Assembly: GCF_004010195.1 (NCBI RefSeq)
Contig: NC_057719.1
Coordinates: 93,761,076-93,825,075 of the forward strand
DNA: 64,000 bases
Direction: 5' to 3'
Origin: Chiloscyllium plagiosum
Taxonomy: Eukaryota
The first letter of the stretch is position 1. Every line of letters begins with the position of its first letter. A program made the position numbers and the translations under genes. Under the pieces are notes generated by a model, which was not told where the DNA came from, searched no databases, and saw only the letters and a program-made list of their open reading frames with translations. Below, one piece after another: positions 49,185 through 61,770 of this stretch.

Positions 49185-50730
49185 CATGATACCTGCCCTG
49201 ACACCCTTGGACGTCCTGCAAGTCAAGTCAAGGAAAGCGACAGGCCTGGAGAATGTCACCGGCTGAGCACTAAGATCCTGTGAGGACCAACTGGCAGAGG
49301 TATTTATAAACAACTTCAACCTCTCCCGCCTGAAGCCGAAATCCCAACCTGCTTCAAGAAGACCACCATCATCCTTGTAAGTGAGAACGCATATGCAACG
49401 TCCCTTAATGACTACCGCCCAGTGGCTCTGACCTCAATAAACATGAAGTGCTTTGAGACGCTGGTTATGGCCCACACCACCTCCAATCTCCCAGTCTGTC
49501 CTGCTGTCCAATAATGTGTGGACTGTTGTAACAGGTCCACAACAGATGCCATATACCTGCTCTGTCCTCATCCATGGAACATCTGGACAACAAGATGCCT
49601 ACACCAGACTCCTGGTCATTCACGACAGCTCCACCTTCAACATCATTATCCCCTCCAGGCTGATCTCAAAACTCCGTGACCTTGATCATGGCTCCACCCT
49701 CTGCAACAGGATCCCTGGTTTCTGACACACTGACGACAATCTGTGAAGATAGGTATCTGCACATTCTCCACAACAAAACTCAACACTTGGACTCCTGGAG
49801 GATGTGTTCTCTGCCCCCTATTGTACTCTCCGTGCACCCACAGCAGTGTTCTCAGCCCCCTACTGTACTCCCTTGTATATCCACGGCTGTGCCCTCAGCC
49901 CACTACTGTACTCCTTGTACACACATGGCTGTGCCCTCAGCCCCCTACTATACTCCCTGTACTCCCATGGTTGTGTCCTCAGCCCCCTAGTGTACTACCT
50001 GTACTCCCATGGCTGTATCCTCAGCCCCCTACTGTCCGCCCTGTGCACACGCGGCTGTGTTGTCAAATTCTAAACAACGCCAGCTACAAGTTCGCTGATG
50101 ACATCACCAAATCAGGAGGTATATCAAAAAACGATGAGTAAGAATATGGAAAGGAGATCGAGGGGTTAGTGGCAAGGTGTAATGATAACCTCTTTCTCAA
50201 ATTCGGCGAGAGAAAGGAACTGATCATTGACTTCAGAAAGAAAGAAGAGGAACTCGCCGTCATCTACATCAATGGTTGAGGAAGTGCAGAGCATCAACTC
50301 CCTCGGAGTAAAGATAACTGACAACCTACCCTCGTCTTCTTGCATAGGTGTGACAGTCAAGAAGGTTCAACAACGCCTCTTCTTCCACAGGAGGCTCAGG
50401 AAATTCAGCATGTACGACTTCGACAGATATACCATTGAGAGCATACTGTCTGGGCGCGTCACAGCTTCAAACAGCAACGCTCTGCCCAGGACCATAAGAA
50501 GCTACAGACGGTTGGGTGCACAGTCCAGCCCATCACGGAAGACAACCTTCGGTCATTTATACTTGTCATTGTCGCAGAAAGGCTGGCAACATCAAAGGTC
50601 TCTCCCAAACCAGTAATGATCTCCTACAAACTCTTCCAACAGGGAGGAGACACAGAGGCTTGAAAACATGGACCAACATGCTCAGGAATACTTCCTTCCC
50701 TCCTAAAGTTAGACTGATGAATTGACAACT
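49185..50730 (+). mobile_element. Rex1/Babar-type LINE RT fragment
   Basis: TCFKKTTIILV...LNDYRPVALTSINMKCFETLV; YKFADDIT; VKKVQQRLFFHRRLRKF; TIESILSG. Confidence 0.85.
49800..50052 (+). repeat. Six-copy, about 42-bp minisatellite derived from the RT motif GCVLSPLLYSLYTH
   Basis: Unit about ggctgtgccctcagccccctactgtactccctgtacacccat. Confidence 0.9.
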
Positions 50731-51159
50731 CTAACTTTTCAAATAATATTAATCTTGCCAATGTCGATTTTGCTTTGCTCACCTCCTGTGAAGCTGTAAC
50801 CATGTATGCCTCATTCTGTGTAAGTACTCCACGATCTCTGTTTTCTTGTTTACTATCACGTGCCTGCACTACTCGCAAAACAAACCTCTCCATTGTACAT
50901 TTGACTGAAATAAATCAAATCAAATCAGATCATTCACGTGGACTGCAGTGGCTCAAGATCTTCTCAAGAACAATGGTGAAAATGAACTAATGCTGGCCCA
51001 GTCAGAGATACTCATATCCCGTTAACAAATATAAGAAGATGACCACACTCAGGGAATACTGACGGGGGAATCAAATCGCTTAAAACATGATCTTAGACAA
51101 ATGCAAGTTTCCCTCGCTATCTGAAAGAAACCATTCGCAAGCTGATATGGTGTAAAGTG

Positions 51160-51315
51160 CAATAGCACTAACTTATATGGGAAAAAATTCGCCTTTCTTC
51201 GTACAAGTGAAAATTCTCTTCGGATTTCTTTTGGTTAGCGAAACAAGGCTCGAACGTTGGTCATTCGGAAAGGGAAGTGGCGAAAAGTGAACTTTTGAAA
51301 AACGGGGAATACCTG
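51160..51315 (-). mobile_element. Probable Tigger/pogo-like DNA transposon terminus
   Basis: Reverse complement begins TA|CAGGTATTCCCCG and is CpG-rich relative to the flanks; the second terminus was not found. Confidence 0.45.
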
Positions 51316-51408
51316 TATGTACATGGACATGATATTCAGGAAGGTGGGAAAGGCGAAAAATAAATGAAGTGAATCTCACATTTCATTTCCAGCCCAGCTG
51401 ATCATCAT

Positions 51409-52694
51409 TAGAACATAGAATATAGATCAAACAGCACAGAACAGGCCCTTCAGCCCACGATGTTGTGCCGAAATTTTGTCCTAGCTTAAGCACCTATCAA
51501 TTTACCTATCCAATTGCCACTTAAAGGTCACCAATGATGCTGACTCTGCCACTCCCACAGGCAGCGCATTCCATGCCCCCACCACTCTCTGGGTAAAGAA
51601 CCTAGCCCTGACATCCCCCCTATACCTTCCACCCTTCACCTTAAATTTATGTCCCCTTGTAACACTCTGTTGTACCCGGGGAAAAAGTCTCTGAATGTCT
51701 ACTCTATCTATTCCACTGATCATCTTATAAACCTCTATCAAGTCATCCCTCATCCTTCGCCGTTCCAATGAGAAAAGGCCTCGCACTTTCAATCTATCCT
51801 CATACGACCTATTCTCCATTCCGGGCAACATCCTGGTAAATCTCCTCTGCACCCTTTCCAAAGCTTCCACATCTTTACTAAAGTGAGACGACCATAACTG
51901 CACACAGTACTCCAAATGTGGCCTTGCCAAGGTCCTGTACAGCTGCAACATCACCTCATGACTCTTGAATTCAATCCCTCTGCTAATGAACGCTAATACA
52001 CCATAGGCCTTCTTACAAGCTCTATCCACCTGAGTGGCAACTATCATAGAACTATGTACATAGACTCCAAGATCCCTCTGCTCCTCCACCTTACTAAGAA
52101 CCCTGCCATTAACCCTGTATTCCGCATTCTTATTTGTCCCTCCAAAATGGACAACCTCACACTTGACAGGGTTGAACTCCATCTGCCACTCCTCAGCCCA
52201 GCTCTGCATCATATCTAAGTCCCTTTGAGCCGACAACAGCCCTCCTCACTATCCACAACTCCACCAATCTTCGTATCATCTGCAAATTTACTGACCCACC
52301 CTTCGACTCCCTCTTCCAAGTCATTAATAAAAATTACAAACAACAGAGGACCCAGAACTGATCCCTGCGGAACTTCACTTGTTACTGGGCTCCAGGCTGA
52401 ATATTTACTATCTACCACCACACTCTGACTTCGACCGGTTAGCCAGTTCTCTATCCAACTGGCCTAAATTTTCCACTATCCCATGCCTCCTGACTTTCCG
52501 CATAAGTCTACCATGGGGAACCTTATCAAATGCCTTAAAGTTCAGATACTCATAAATCCTATCCCTCAGTACCCTTTCCATTACTTTGCCTACCACCGAA
52601 GTAAGACTAACCGGCCTGTAATTCCCGGGGTTATCCCTATTCCCTTTTTTGAACAGGGGCACAACATTCGCCACTATCCAGTCCCCGGTACCAC
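51409..52694 (-). mobile_element. Relatively young 5'-truncated CR1 (HER1-like) LINE
   Basis: 244-aa open RT C-terminus; ANVVPLFKKG...NYRPVSLTSVVGK; PQGSVLGPLLF; KFADDTK; an internal deletion near 52540. Confidence 0.95.
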
Positions 52695-52914
52695 CATTCT
52701 CTTTGTTTGCTCTTATTCTATATCTCTCTCTATTGATTCCTCCTCCCTTTCAAAGCAGACTTCCCTGTCAACGGTATTAATCACACTCCGTTCCAGCTGC
52801 TTTCAGTTCAGGAACGTTTCCCAGCACTTTCTGTTCGGTTCTTTGCATTGCTTTGTATAATTTCAGATTTTCAGCATCTTCCTTTATTTGATTTCACCTT
52901 CGATTTTGATATTT

Positions 52915-53275
52915 CATGGGATGTTGGCATCTATGCCAAGGGCAGCATTTGGTGACCATCACTAATTGTCTTGACTCTGAGGCCATTCCACAAACCAATA
53001 TAAAGTAAAGCACATTGTCATGGGGCTGAAGTCTCACTTAACCCAGACCAGGTAATAATATTAGTTTTCTTGACCGAAGGTGATCAGTGAAACAGGAAGG
53101 TTTTCAGACAAAATGTTGCTTTTATGGTTGTTTTTGTGAAATTCACTTTTATTCCAATTCTTATCAGTTTTTATTGAAGTTCTGTCATCAGCTGTGGTAA
53201 AATTGAAACAAATCACTTGAAACAATATCTTTCGTTTGATAAGCTTTGCTCCTGAATTACATCCAGCGACATTCC
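52915..53275 (-). mobile_element. Old SINE sharing both head and tail with LINE family 2
   Basis: 52915-52975 resembles 44790-44850 (tail); 52980-53275 resembles 47170-47450 (head). Confidence 0.55.
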
Positions 53276-53711
53276 ACATTCATATATTGTCCTAATCATG
53301 AAGTAACATCCGAGACAAGAACAATTTTATGATTGAAATATTTGTAATCGGAAAACTGGTCAGAAGAGAGCTTGAAACATTAAGTCTGAATTTTACCAAC
53401 GTGTACGCAATGGATTGTTCAGCAACAGCACCGATGCATAGATGAATATTGGGGATATTAGTAGCGGGTAGTGGAACAGGTTTTGGTGACAGAGAGAACA
53501 GAAGACATACATCAGTTCAGGGCAAAAAGGGATCTCGAGGTTTTGCACAGTTTTATTGTCAGATGTTTGTGAGGGAGTGGTCTGCAATTCATGGTTAATG
53601 AATGGAGACTGCAATTGAAACTGAAGACAATAGTTTCTTTCTCTGACAAATGCAGATAACAGAATTTGCAACGAAGTTTAAACTTGTTTGTGGGATTAAT
53701 GAATGGACAGA

Positions 53712-53860
53712 GGTAGAGAACACCAACAATAGCGATAATAGGTTAGTTGCACACCCTCCACCCAGCACAGAATAAACATCAGCACTGCTAATATCCGATA
53801 TGGTAGAAATTCCCAACAGGGGGAAATCTTGAAAAGACTCAAGAAAAACCTCCTCTCCAT
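53712..53860 (-). pseudogene. Decayed GPR139-like exon 1 (host unit C)
   Basis: acaacaATGGAGAGGAGG start like unit B (gcaacaATGGACAGAAGT); after a frameshift reads N*PIIAIVGV; donor lost; upstream 54640-54735 matches 31990-32080. Confidence 0.65.
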
Positions 53861-55779
53861 TGTTGTAATGTTCCAGTCCGCTATTCTCAGATCCAGATCT
53901 GTCCTCTCTCTGTCTACACAGCTGTTGATCTCTGTTACTGTTGGAATTGATGCATCTGCTACTACAGTCAGATAGCGCACTGAATAAAACCCTTCGCCAA
54001 TAGGAGATGGAAACCCTAGAGTGACACAGTTACATTGCATGGAGACTGACATTAATCATAGTCACTGAGCAACCAGTCCCAGCTTTCAATCCAGCACATT
54101 CAGTTCACAATATATCTGGACTGGACTACGTGTTGACATTGCTGGCTATTGCTCAAATCTCCCATCACCAGTTGCTCTAGTGAAGTCAGTTGTGAGGGCG
54201 AATGATGGATGTTATCTTTTTGTAGGCTAGATGATTCTGCTCTTTTGTCCATTTACTATGCTTTAACCATCTCTCCCCAAATCACTCCACCCTCCCCCCC
54301 ACCAAAGAAACACAACCAGGATGTTGTTACTGTGCTGTTCTCTCCTCCACGAGGACTTCCGCCAGCCAACACACTGCCACTGGACACATTTACCCTGAAC
54401 ATAGACAGAAAGTGTGGACTTCTCTGAATGTTTCTCTCACTGCTCTAACAAGGCAACTTTGGAATTTCCATAAGGAATATGCTTCAGTAATTTATTTATA
54501 CAAATTGACAAACTTCTAAATGCAGTTTCATTTGCTGTAAAACCGTATTTGTTTCTGCATTTTGGCCTCAGTCCAATGCCAAAAGTGATAATTACAATGA
54601 ACTTATTCATTAAGACTTATGAATTAATGAGTCAGGTTCGAATGTACATGACATTGGCTGGGAGATAGGACAGAATGGGGATAGTGGCTGTGGAGATTGC
54701 ATGGGGAGTACAATGATATTCCCTAGTCATCATCACTCTTTCTGCCAGACAGAATTAAATCTAATGCACAACAAGGAAACCGCCAACATTTGGGAGATGC
54801 AATGCTGAATGACAATGTGAACTGAACAGGATCATTTTAAATGGGATAAAGTGAACTATAATTTATATACACACGATTTAATCATTGGGAATACAGATTG
54901 AGTAGGATCACTGGACCAGAAACATTAACTTTGATTTCTCTTCACAGATACTGCCAGACCTGCTGAGCTTGATCTCTCCGTTCTTTTTTTTCTTGTTTGA
55001 GTTAGATCATATTGTTCATATCTGGCAGGATACTTAAAATTAAAAGCAGATACTTATAACAAAATGTGGAGGGCTATGGGGACAGTACAGGAGACTAACA
55101 GTAGAGATATAGTCGTTCCAAGCTGGAAGAGACAATGGGCTGAGTTTCCCCCCACTTTTGCTGTAAATAATTCTGTGATATGTAATCAAAGACTTTGGAG
55201 AGGGGGTAGACAAGCTAGTTCAACGAAGGACACAGAGTGCTCCACCATCAATAATGTATTCCTGTTACCTCATGAAATTTCAGCAGCCTACGAAATGTCT
55301 TATCAAAGAAAATGGGGTTCCTGAGATTTACAGGATATTCAGAAAAATATTCTTTCATCCTTTGAATCTTAAAGAAGAAACAGATTTCGGCCGTAAGACA
55401 GGGGTCACAGACACACCAACTATAATAGGAACAGGAAAGGACTACATTGTCCATATATAACCAAATTCAGCATGTAACGCTGTCAAGAAACTGAAATAGA
55501 GTGATACGGAAACATGAAACACAAATAAAAAATGATGGAGAAGCATAACAGATGAGGAAGTATCTGCAGAGAGAAACAAATTTAACCTATCGAATATGAT
55601 GTGACACTGTTCTGAAAACGTCATATTGGAATCAAAGGTTAATTCTGAGTATCTCTGCTCAGAGAGTGCCAGACCTGCTGAGTTACCCTCTATCGACTTT
55701 TTTCTTTCTGAACTGTGACAAATTGACTGATCTGAACGATATAAACAAAGCTGCTATCTCAGTTGAATCTCGAGTTATT

Positions 55780-58230
55780 TGTAAACAAAAGAGAAAATGC
55801 TGGAAAATCTCAGCAGATCTGGCAGCATCTGTAGGGAGAGAAAATAGTTGACGTTTCGAGTCTAACTGCCTCTGTGCAGAGAAATCAGAACTAAAGTTTC
55901 TAGTTCAGTGGCCCTTCCTCAGATCGAATGGTAGGGCTGAAAATGTTGATTTATATACAGCAGAGGTTGAATAGCTGTTGACGAAGACTGTTAGTAGCTA
56001 ACAATAGGGGGTGAGTAATGGAAGGCTAAGTGAGTACGAGGCTTGGTGGAATGGGTAGGGGGCATTGAGGAGTTCAGTCCCTAAAATTATTGAATATTAT
56101 TTTGAGTCTGAAGGGCTGCTGGGTCTGCCCACGGAAAGTGAGGTGTTATACTTCCAACTTGCTTTGAAATGTCCTGGAACACTGCAGCAAGCTTGCCACA
56201 GAGATATTGGCCAGGGAACAGGATGGGATATTAAACTGGCAGGCAACTGGAAAATCGGAGTCTTTTGCATAGGCACAGCTTGGATATTCTGTGAAGTGTT
56301 CACCCAGTCTACCTTTAGTTTCCCCAGTGCAGAACAGACCACAATGTGAGCAGCGAATTTAGTAGACTGTATTGTGGAAAATGTTGACAGGATGCTGCTT
56401 CACCTGGGAGGTATGTTTGGCCCTTGGATAGTGAGGAGGGACGAGGTAAATGGGAAAGTGTAGCACCTCCGGCAGGGGAAAGTGAAGTGGACCTGTGGTG
56501 GTGGTGGTGGGGGGTGGCGGAAGTGGGGGGAGGTGTTGGCAGTGAATAACGAGCGGACCAGGGCGTCCTGGAGGAAATGGTCACTTCAGAAGGCGGAAAA
56601 GGGAGAGAAGGCAAATATGCGTCTGGTGGTGGCATCTCGCTGGAGGTGGGGGAAATGCACACTGACGATCTTCTGCATGTGAATGCTGGTGGGATGGTAA
56701 GTAAGGACAGGGAGAACTCTAACACTGTTGCAGGAGGGAGGAGAGAGGGTGAGAGTAGAAGTGCATGAGGTAGGTCAGAACTGGTTGAGAACCCTGTCGA
56801 GAACAGTACTGGGGAATTCTCAGTTGAGGAAGAAGGTGGACATTTCAGAGGCCACATTTTTGAAGTTGACATCATCAGAACCAATGCGGTTGAGACGGAG
56901 GAATTGGTAGAATGAAATTGAGTCTTTGCAGGAAACAGGGTGTGAGAGTGTATACACCAGGTAGCTGTGGTAGTCGGTGGCTTAATACTCGATATCGGTG
57001 ACCCGTCTATCCCCAGAAATAGAAGCAGAGATGTTGAGGAATGAAAGGAAGGAGTCAGAGATAGACCTTGTGAAAGTGGGGGAGGAGTGCAAATTGGGAA
57101 CGATGAACTTTTCCAATTCTGGACAAGAGAGTGTGGCAGCAGCGATGATATCATCTATGTATCGGAGAAAAAGTTGTGGGTGGGGGCTGGAAAGAACTGG
57201 AACAAGGAATCGTCTACGTACCCCATGAAGGAATAGGTATAACTTGGGCCCACGTGTGTATCCATGCACCCCCTCTGTATGGCAGGAGCAGGCTGAAGCA
57301 ATGGGTCTGCCCAGACAGGTCTGTTTGTGGATTTTCAGGAGGACATAAAAGCGAGCTCTGCTATCAGAGGACCATCAGCTTCGGGACAGTTAGATGGGGG
57401 CGAGTGGGTGGGAATCTCCAGATGAAATGTTGTCAGACTGAGTTAATAAAATGGCCTGATGTGCCATGGCAGGGTTATGGAACAGCAGGTGATATGTGGG
57501 GGTATCTGAGCGCTGGCACTCAGCCTCTGAAATGGAGAGGTGAGCCCACCACCCTTATCGACACAGGCTGAATAACACGTTCAGGGCTAGATCGAAGCAT
57601 GCAGCGTACAGTCTGTTCAGAGAGTCATAGGTTGGTTAGGGTGAGGGGGATGCAGAGAAATTAAAACAATCAGTGTCACGTTGAAAGTTCTCAAAGAACA
57701 GATTGAGTCAAAGTAAACGCCAGAGGAATCGGTCCAGGTGGAGGGAGAGTGTTGGAGCTGCTGGAAGGGTCTGTGGGATGGGGAGTTGTCTTTTGCCCAA
57801 AGAAATGGACACCGAGGAGAAGAAGGTGGAAGAGGAGTTTAACATTATGTCGTTCCTGAAACTCATTGAAGTGGGGGCACAGAGGTATAAAGCTGAGACC
57901 TTTGCTGAGTACAGAACATTCAGCATTAGAGCGTGCAAGTTTAGGAACGATGGTGAATACACGATAGGAGGTGGGCTTGGGGGAAGGGATGGACTCAGAG
58001 CTGCTATTGGTCAGGGGTGGCAGGTTCCAGAAGCTCATAGGCATCTCTAAGTTATTCCATCTTGTGGTCCTCATATATCTGGTGAGCACGGCGAATGACC
58101 TGGAGAATGTAGTAGAATTGTGGAAGGGTGCAGCCTGGAGGGAATGTGATGAGATCTTGTTGGACAGAGAAAATGCTGGTCTCAGTGGCACTGACATCGC
58201 ACGGTCGGTCTTCATAAAGTAACTGATTGA
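55780..58230 (-). mobile_element. Near full-length degraded Penelope-like element (N-terminal domain, RT, GIY-YIG, pLTR)
   Basis: RVFTI...ECSVLSKGLSFIPL; FLRYIDDII; degenerate MGTRMGPSY motif; IGET-type motif near 56315-56345. Confidence 0.88.
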
Positions 58231-60125
58231 AAATAATCAGAATCGTTATCTTATTGTAATGCTCTGATTTCATTGGGATGACACTCAACCAGCAAGGTCT
58301 TACTTTTCTGAGACTTTAGACCAAGTTGTGAAAACAAATGATGTTATTAATAAGACAAATCTATCCATGGTTTTGGAATGCACTAGCAAAGGCAGAGTTT
58401 ATTTGTCATTCCCAATAGCTCTAGGGAAGGTGTCATTGTTCATTGAGGAAATTACCAGCACAGAATTTCCTCTGATTCCCGTTAATAACCGATTGTTGAG
58501 GGTTAATGAAGCTACATGAGTCAAATATTACTTTGATGCAAGGAAAGTTACTCTGACATCACCTCTAATGACACTGGAAAATCAGGTAAAATGGCAAAGA
58601 GCAGAATGATAGAACATGGCTTATTTGAACAATGTGGTCACTGTCCTCACAGCGTTTAAGGAAAATCTGATGCATGGACGTCTGATTCTGAGGAGAGGTT
58701 TGTCCTATTTGTGATGAGGCTGTTCGGTTAAGCGTTGTGACACAGCGCCAGAAAAAAACGTTCCACACTGTATGGTGAACAAAACCACCCTGTTCACGGT
58801 GTAATGGACAGTGACAGGCACACACTATTGTCTGTTCCTATTGGACGTTGATCGTCGTAATCTCATCATTCACTGATGACCAATAGCAGCACAGAAGCCT
58901 GCAGTTCCCATCACCCCAGTTGGAAAGCAAAAAGGGAAGGAATGGCCAGTGGAAGTGGGAGTAACTTGGGAACTGGTGTAACTTACAGTGGGAGTGGGGG
59001 AAGAAAGATGTGAAGAGATATCATCAGTGGAAGAGTGTGTAGCAACAGAAGAGGTAATGCAAGGGAAGTAGGAGTGTTAATAAAAGAGTAGGAAGGCGGA
59101 GGAAGAATGGCTAATGAAGTTTTAGTGACTGGGAAAAATTTGCTTTAGCAAAAGTGAGATTGGGTGAAAAACATCACTGTTCAGGAAAATTGGGATCTGG
59201 TTCCATTGAAAATTATGATTTGATGTATTTCATTTTCTATCACCTGATTCTTGTTCAGATTGCACATTCACTGGTATTTCTGTATCTCCATCAATTGCGG
59301 ATGACATTTGTTTTCCTCTGGTATGGTGTCTCAACATTTTTGATTTTTTTAACAGTATATATTTGCTTCCAGTTCAAGGTAGACATGAGAACATGACTTG
59401 ATTTCCTGCAGTTTGTCCATAACATAGAATTTAATTGAGTATTTATCCTCATCACATTCACTGATTTAAGCAACGAGTCAGTGTCCATCCTGCAGATGAA
59501 AGATTTTTTCAGCTCTGACTATTGTAACAAAGAACAGTGCCACAAAAAGGCTAATGTTCCAGTGCAAGGTGCCAAACCCTAGTTCATACTAAATTAGGTA
59601 CACGCTTTATGAATAAGACATGCTGAGGGGTAGAGTGTAAAAAGTGAATTCTGTGTCGAAAATGCTATAAGCAGCTCCCCCACAATAGGTGTTAACTACA
59701 TCACTTTGCAAATTCCCCAAAATAAGAATAGCAAGAGACTGGAATTCTTAATTCTTCTTTTGTGAATAACATCTGGAGAACAGGAAGGAAATCAAGGTTT
59801 GTTTGTGATATTCATAAATGATGATGGTGAGAATGTGGAAGATGGATGGCAGTGGGAAGATAACTAATGCTGGGGATAACACAAAGATTAGCTGGGTGGT
59901 TCACAGTGAGGAGGAAAGGGTTAAGCTACAGGACGATATAAACAGATGATTTCCATATCCAGATTAATGGCCGCTGAAGTTAAACACTGATAAGTGTGAG
60001 ATGATGCACATCTGAATTAACAAGACAAGTGAACACTCAAACTGTGAAGGGCGAGGGTTAAATTTACTCCTACTTTCATTGCAGCAGGGAAGGTTGAGGA
60101 GGGAACCTGGTACAGGTGTACAAGA

Positions 60126-60704
60126 AGGAGAAAGCAAGGACTGAAGATGCTGGAGATCAAAGATGAAAAATGTTTTGCTGGAGAAGCGCAGCAGGTCAGG
60201 CAGCATCCAAGGAGCAGGAGAATCGAGGTTTTGGGCATAAGCCCTTCTTCAGAAATGAGGAAGGTGTGCCAAACAGGCTAAGATAAGAGGTAGGGAGGAG
60301 GGACTTGGGGGAGGGGCGTTGGGAATGCGATAGGTGGAAGGAGGTTAATGTGAGGGTGATAGGCCGGAGAGGGGGTGGGAGCGGAGAGGTCAGGAAGAAG
60401 ATTGCAGGTCAAAAAGGCGGTGCTGAGTCCGAGGTTGGGACTGAGATAAGGTTGGGGGGGAGGGGAAATGAGGAAGCTGGAGAAATCTGCATTCATCCGT
60501 TGTGGTTGGAGGGTTCCTAGGCAGAAGATGAGACGCTCTTCCTCCAGGCGTCGTGTTGCCATGGTCTGGCCCCTACCTCTTATCTTAGCCTGCTTGGCAC
60601 ACTTTCCTCATTCCTGAAGAAGGGCTTATGCCCGAAACGTCGATTTTCCTGCTCCTTGGATGCTGCCTGACCTGCTGCGCTTTTCCATCAACACATTTTC
60701 CTGC
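60126..60704. mobile_element. PLE insertion with inverted pLTRs and a 14-bp TSD; intact hammerhead core at 60614-60641 (+)
   Basis: acaggtgtacaaga at 60112-60125 and 60705-60718; MATRRLEEERLIFCLGTLQP on minus; about 60165-60295 is the inverse of 60571-60700. Confidence 0.88.
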
Positions 60705-60867
60705 ACAGGTGTACAAGAGCATAAGACGCATGGAGATGATTAACAGAAGCACCTGTTTCCCTTACTCGAAGGGTCAAAAACAAAGTGCTTAACATGCTTA
60801 ATGTTAAAGGCAGGGGATTGAGAAAGGATTTGTGAGTCTGTTTTGAACTGAGAGGGTGACACAGACA

Positions 60868-61211
60868 TAGAATATAAAATTCCTACAGTGTGGACATAGG
60901 CTCTTTGGCCCAACAAATCGACACTGACCCTCCAAAGAATAACCCACTCAAACACGCTCCTCCTATATTTGCCTCTGACTAATGCAACTAACCTACACAT
61001 CCCTGAGCACTATGGGCAATGTGGCATGGCCAATTCACCTAACCTGCACATCTTTGAATTGTGGGGGAAAACCGGAGTACCTAGAGGAAACCACGCAGAC
61101 ACAGGAAGAATGCGCAAAATCCATATAGGCATTGACCTGAGGCTGGAATCAAACCTGGGTCCCCAGCGCTCGAAGGCAGGATTGCTAACCACTGAGCCGC
61201 CGTTCTACCCC
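60868..61211 (-). mobile_element. Older V-SINE copy
   Basis: Collinear with 7942-8248 but more diverged. Confidence 0.85.
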
Positions 61212-61309
61212 TAGTGAGTTGTATCTAGAATGCATTGCCTAGGCAGGTGATTGAACAGGTAATCTCACAAACTTTTTAAAAAGCCTTTGGATATGCACTT
61301 GGTCGTGCA

Positions 61310-61770
61310 GACTCGCATTTTCATTCTATATTCTGAAGCAATAGCTAATGGCAGTTGCTGGTTTGTTCCATTGACTGTACTCAGTAAGTGAGCCTCTAGT
61401 GAAGTGCTGGTGTTATCTTCCACTTTCTATTTAAGTGTTTCGGTTTCCTTGAGTTGGTAAAGTAATTTCCTGTGTTGATGATGTCATTTCCGGCTTTTTT
61501 TCCTCAGAGATTGGTAGATGGAGCCAAAATTCATGCGTTTGTTGATGTAGTTCTGGTTGGAATGCCATGTTTCTAGGAATTCTTGTGCTTGTCTCTGTTT
61601 GGCATGTCTTATGATGGATATGCAGACCTAGTCAAAGTGGCGTACTTCCTCATCAGTACATATGAAGTTAAGGTTGGGGTCATGTGGCTAGTTGATATTC
61701 ATCTATCCTGCTGACTAGTTTTTTGCTTGTTTATCCGTTGTAGGGTTTGTTACAGTTCTTGCAAGGGTTG
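61310..61770 (-). mobile_element. GIY-YIG C-terminus of another PLE family
   Basis: AKQRQAQEFLETWHSNQNYINKRMNFGSIY. Confidence 0.7.

Noticed and set aside
49800..50052. CRISPR-like array
   Set aside because: Head-to-tail units with no unique spacers, inside a LINE RT, in eukaryotic DNA.
51502..52236. 244-aa ORF as a host gene
   Set aside because: It is the RT C-terminus of a truncated CR1 LINE.
58741..58790. Recombination-signal-like CACAGCG/CACACTG and ACAAAACC
   Set aside because: Spacing is neither 12 nor 23 bp and there is no adjacent gene segment.
59245..59490. Minus-strand segment bounded by an acceptor and a GT
   Set aside because: Stops in all frames across the segment and no recognisable homology.
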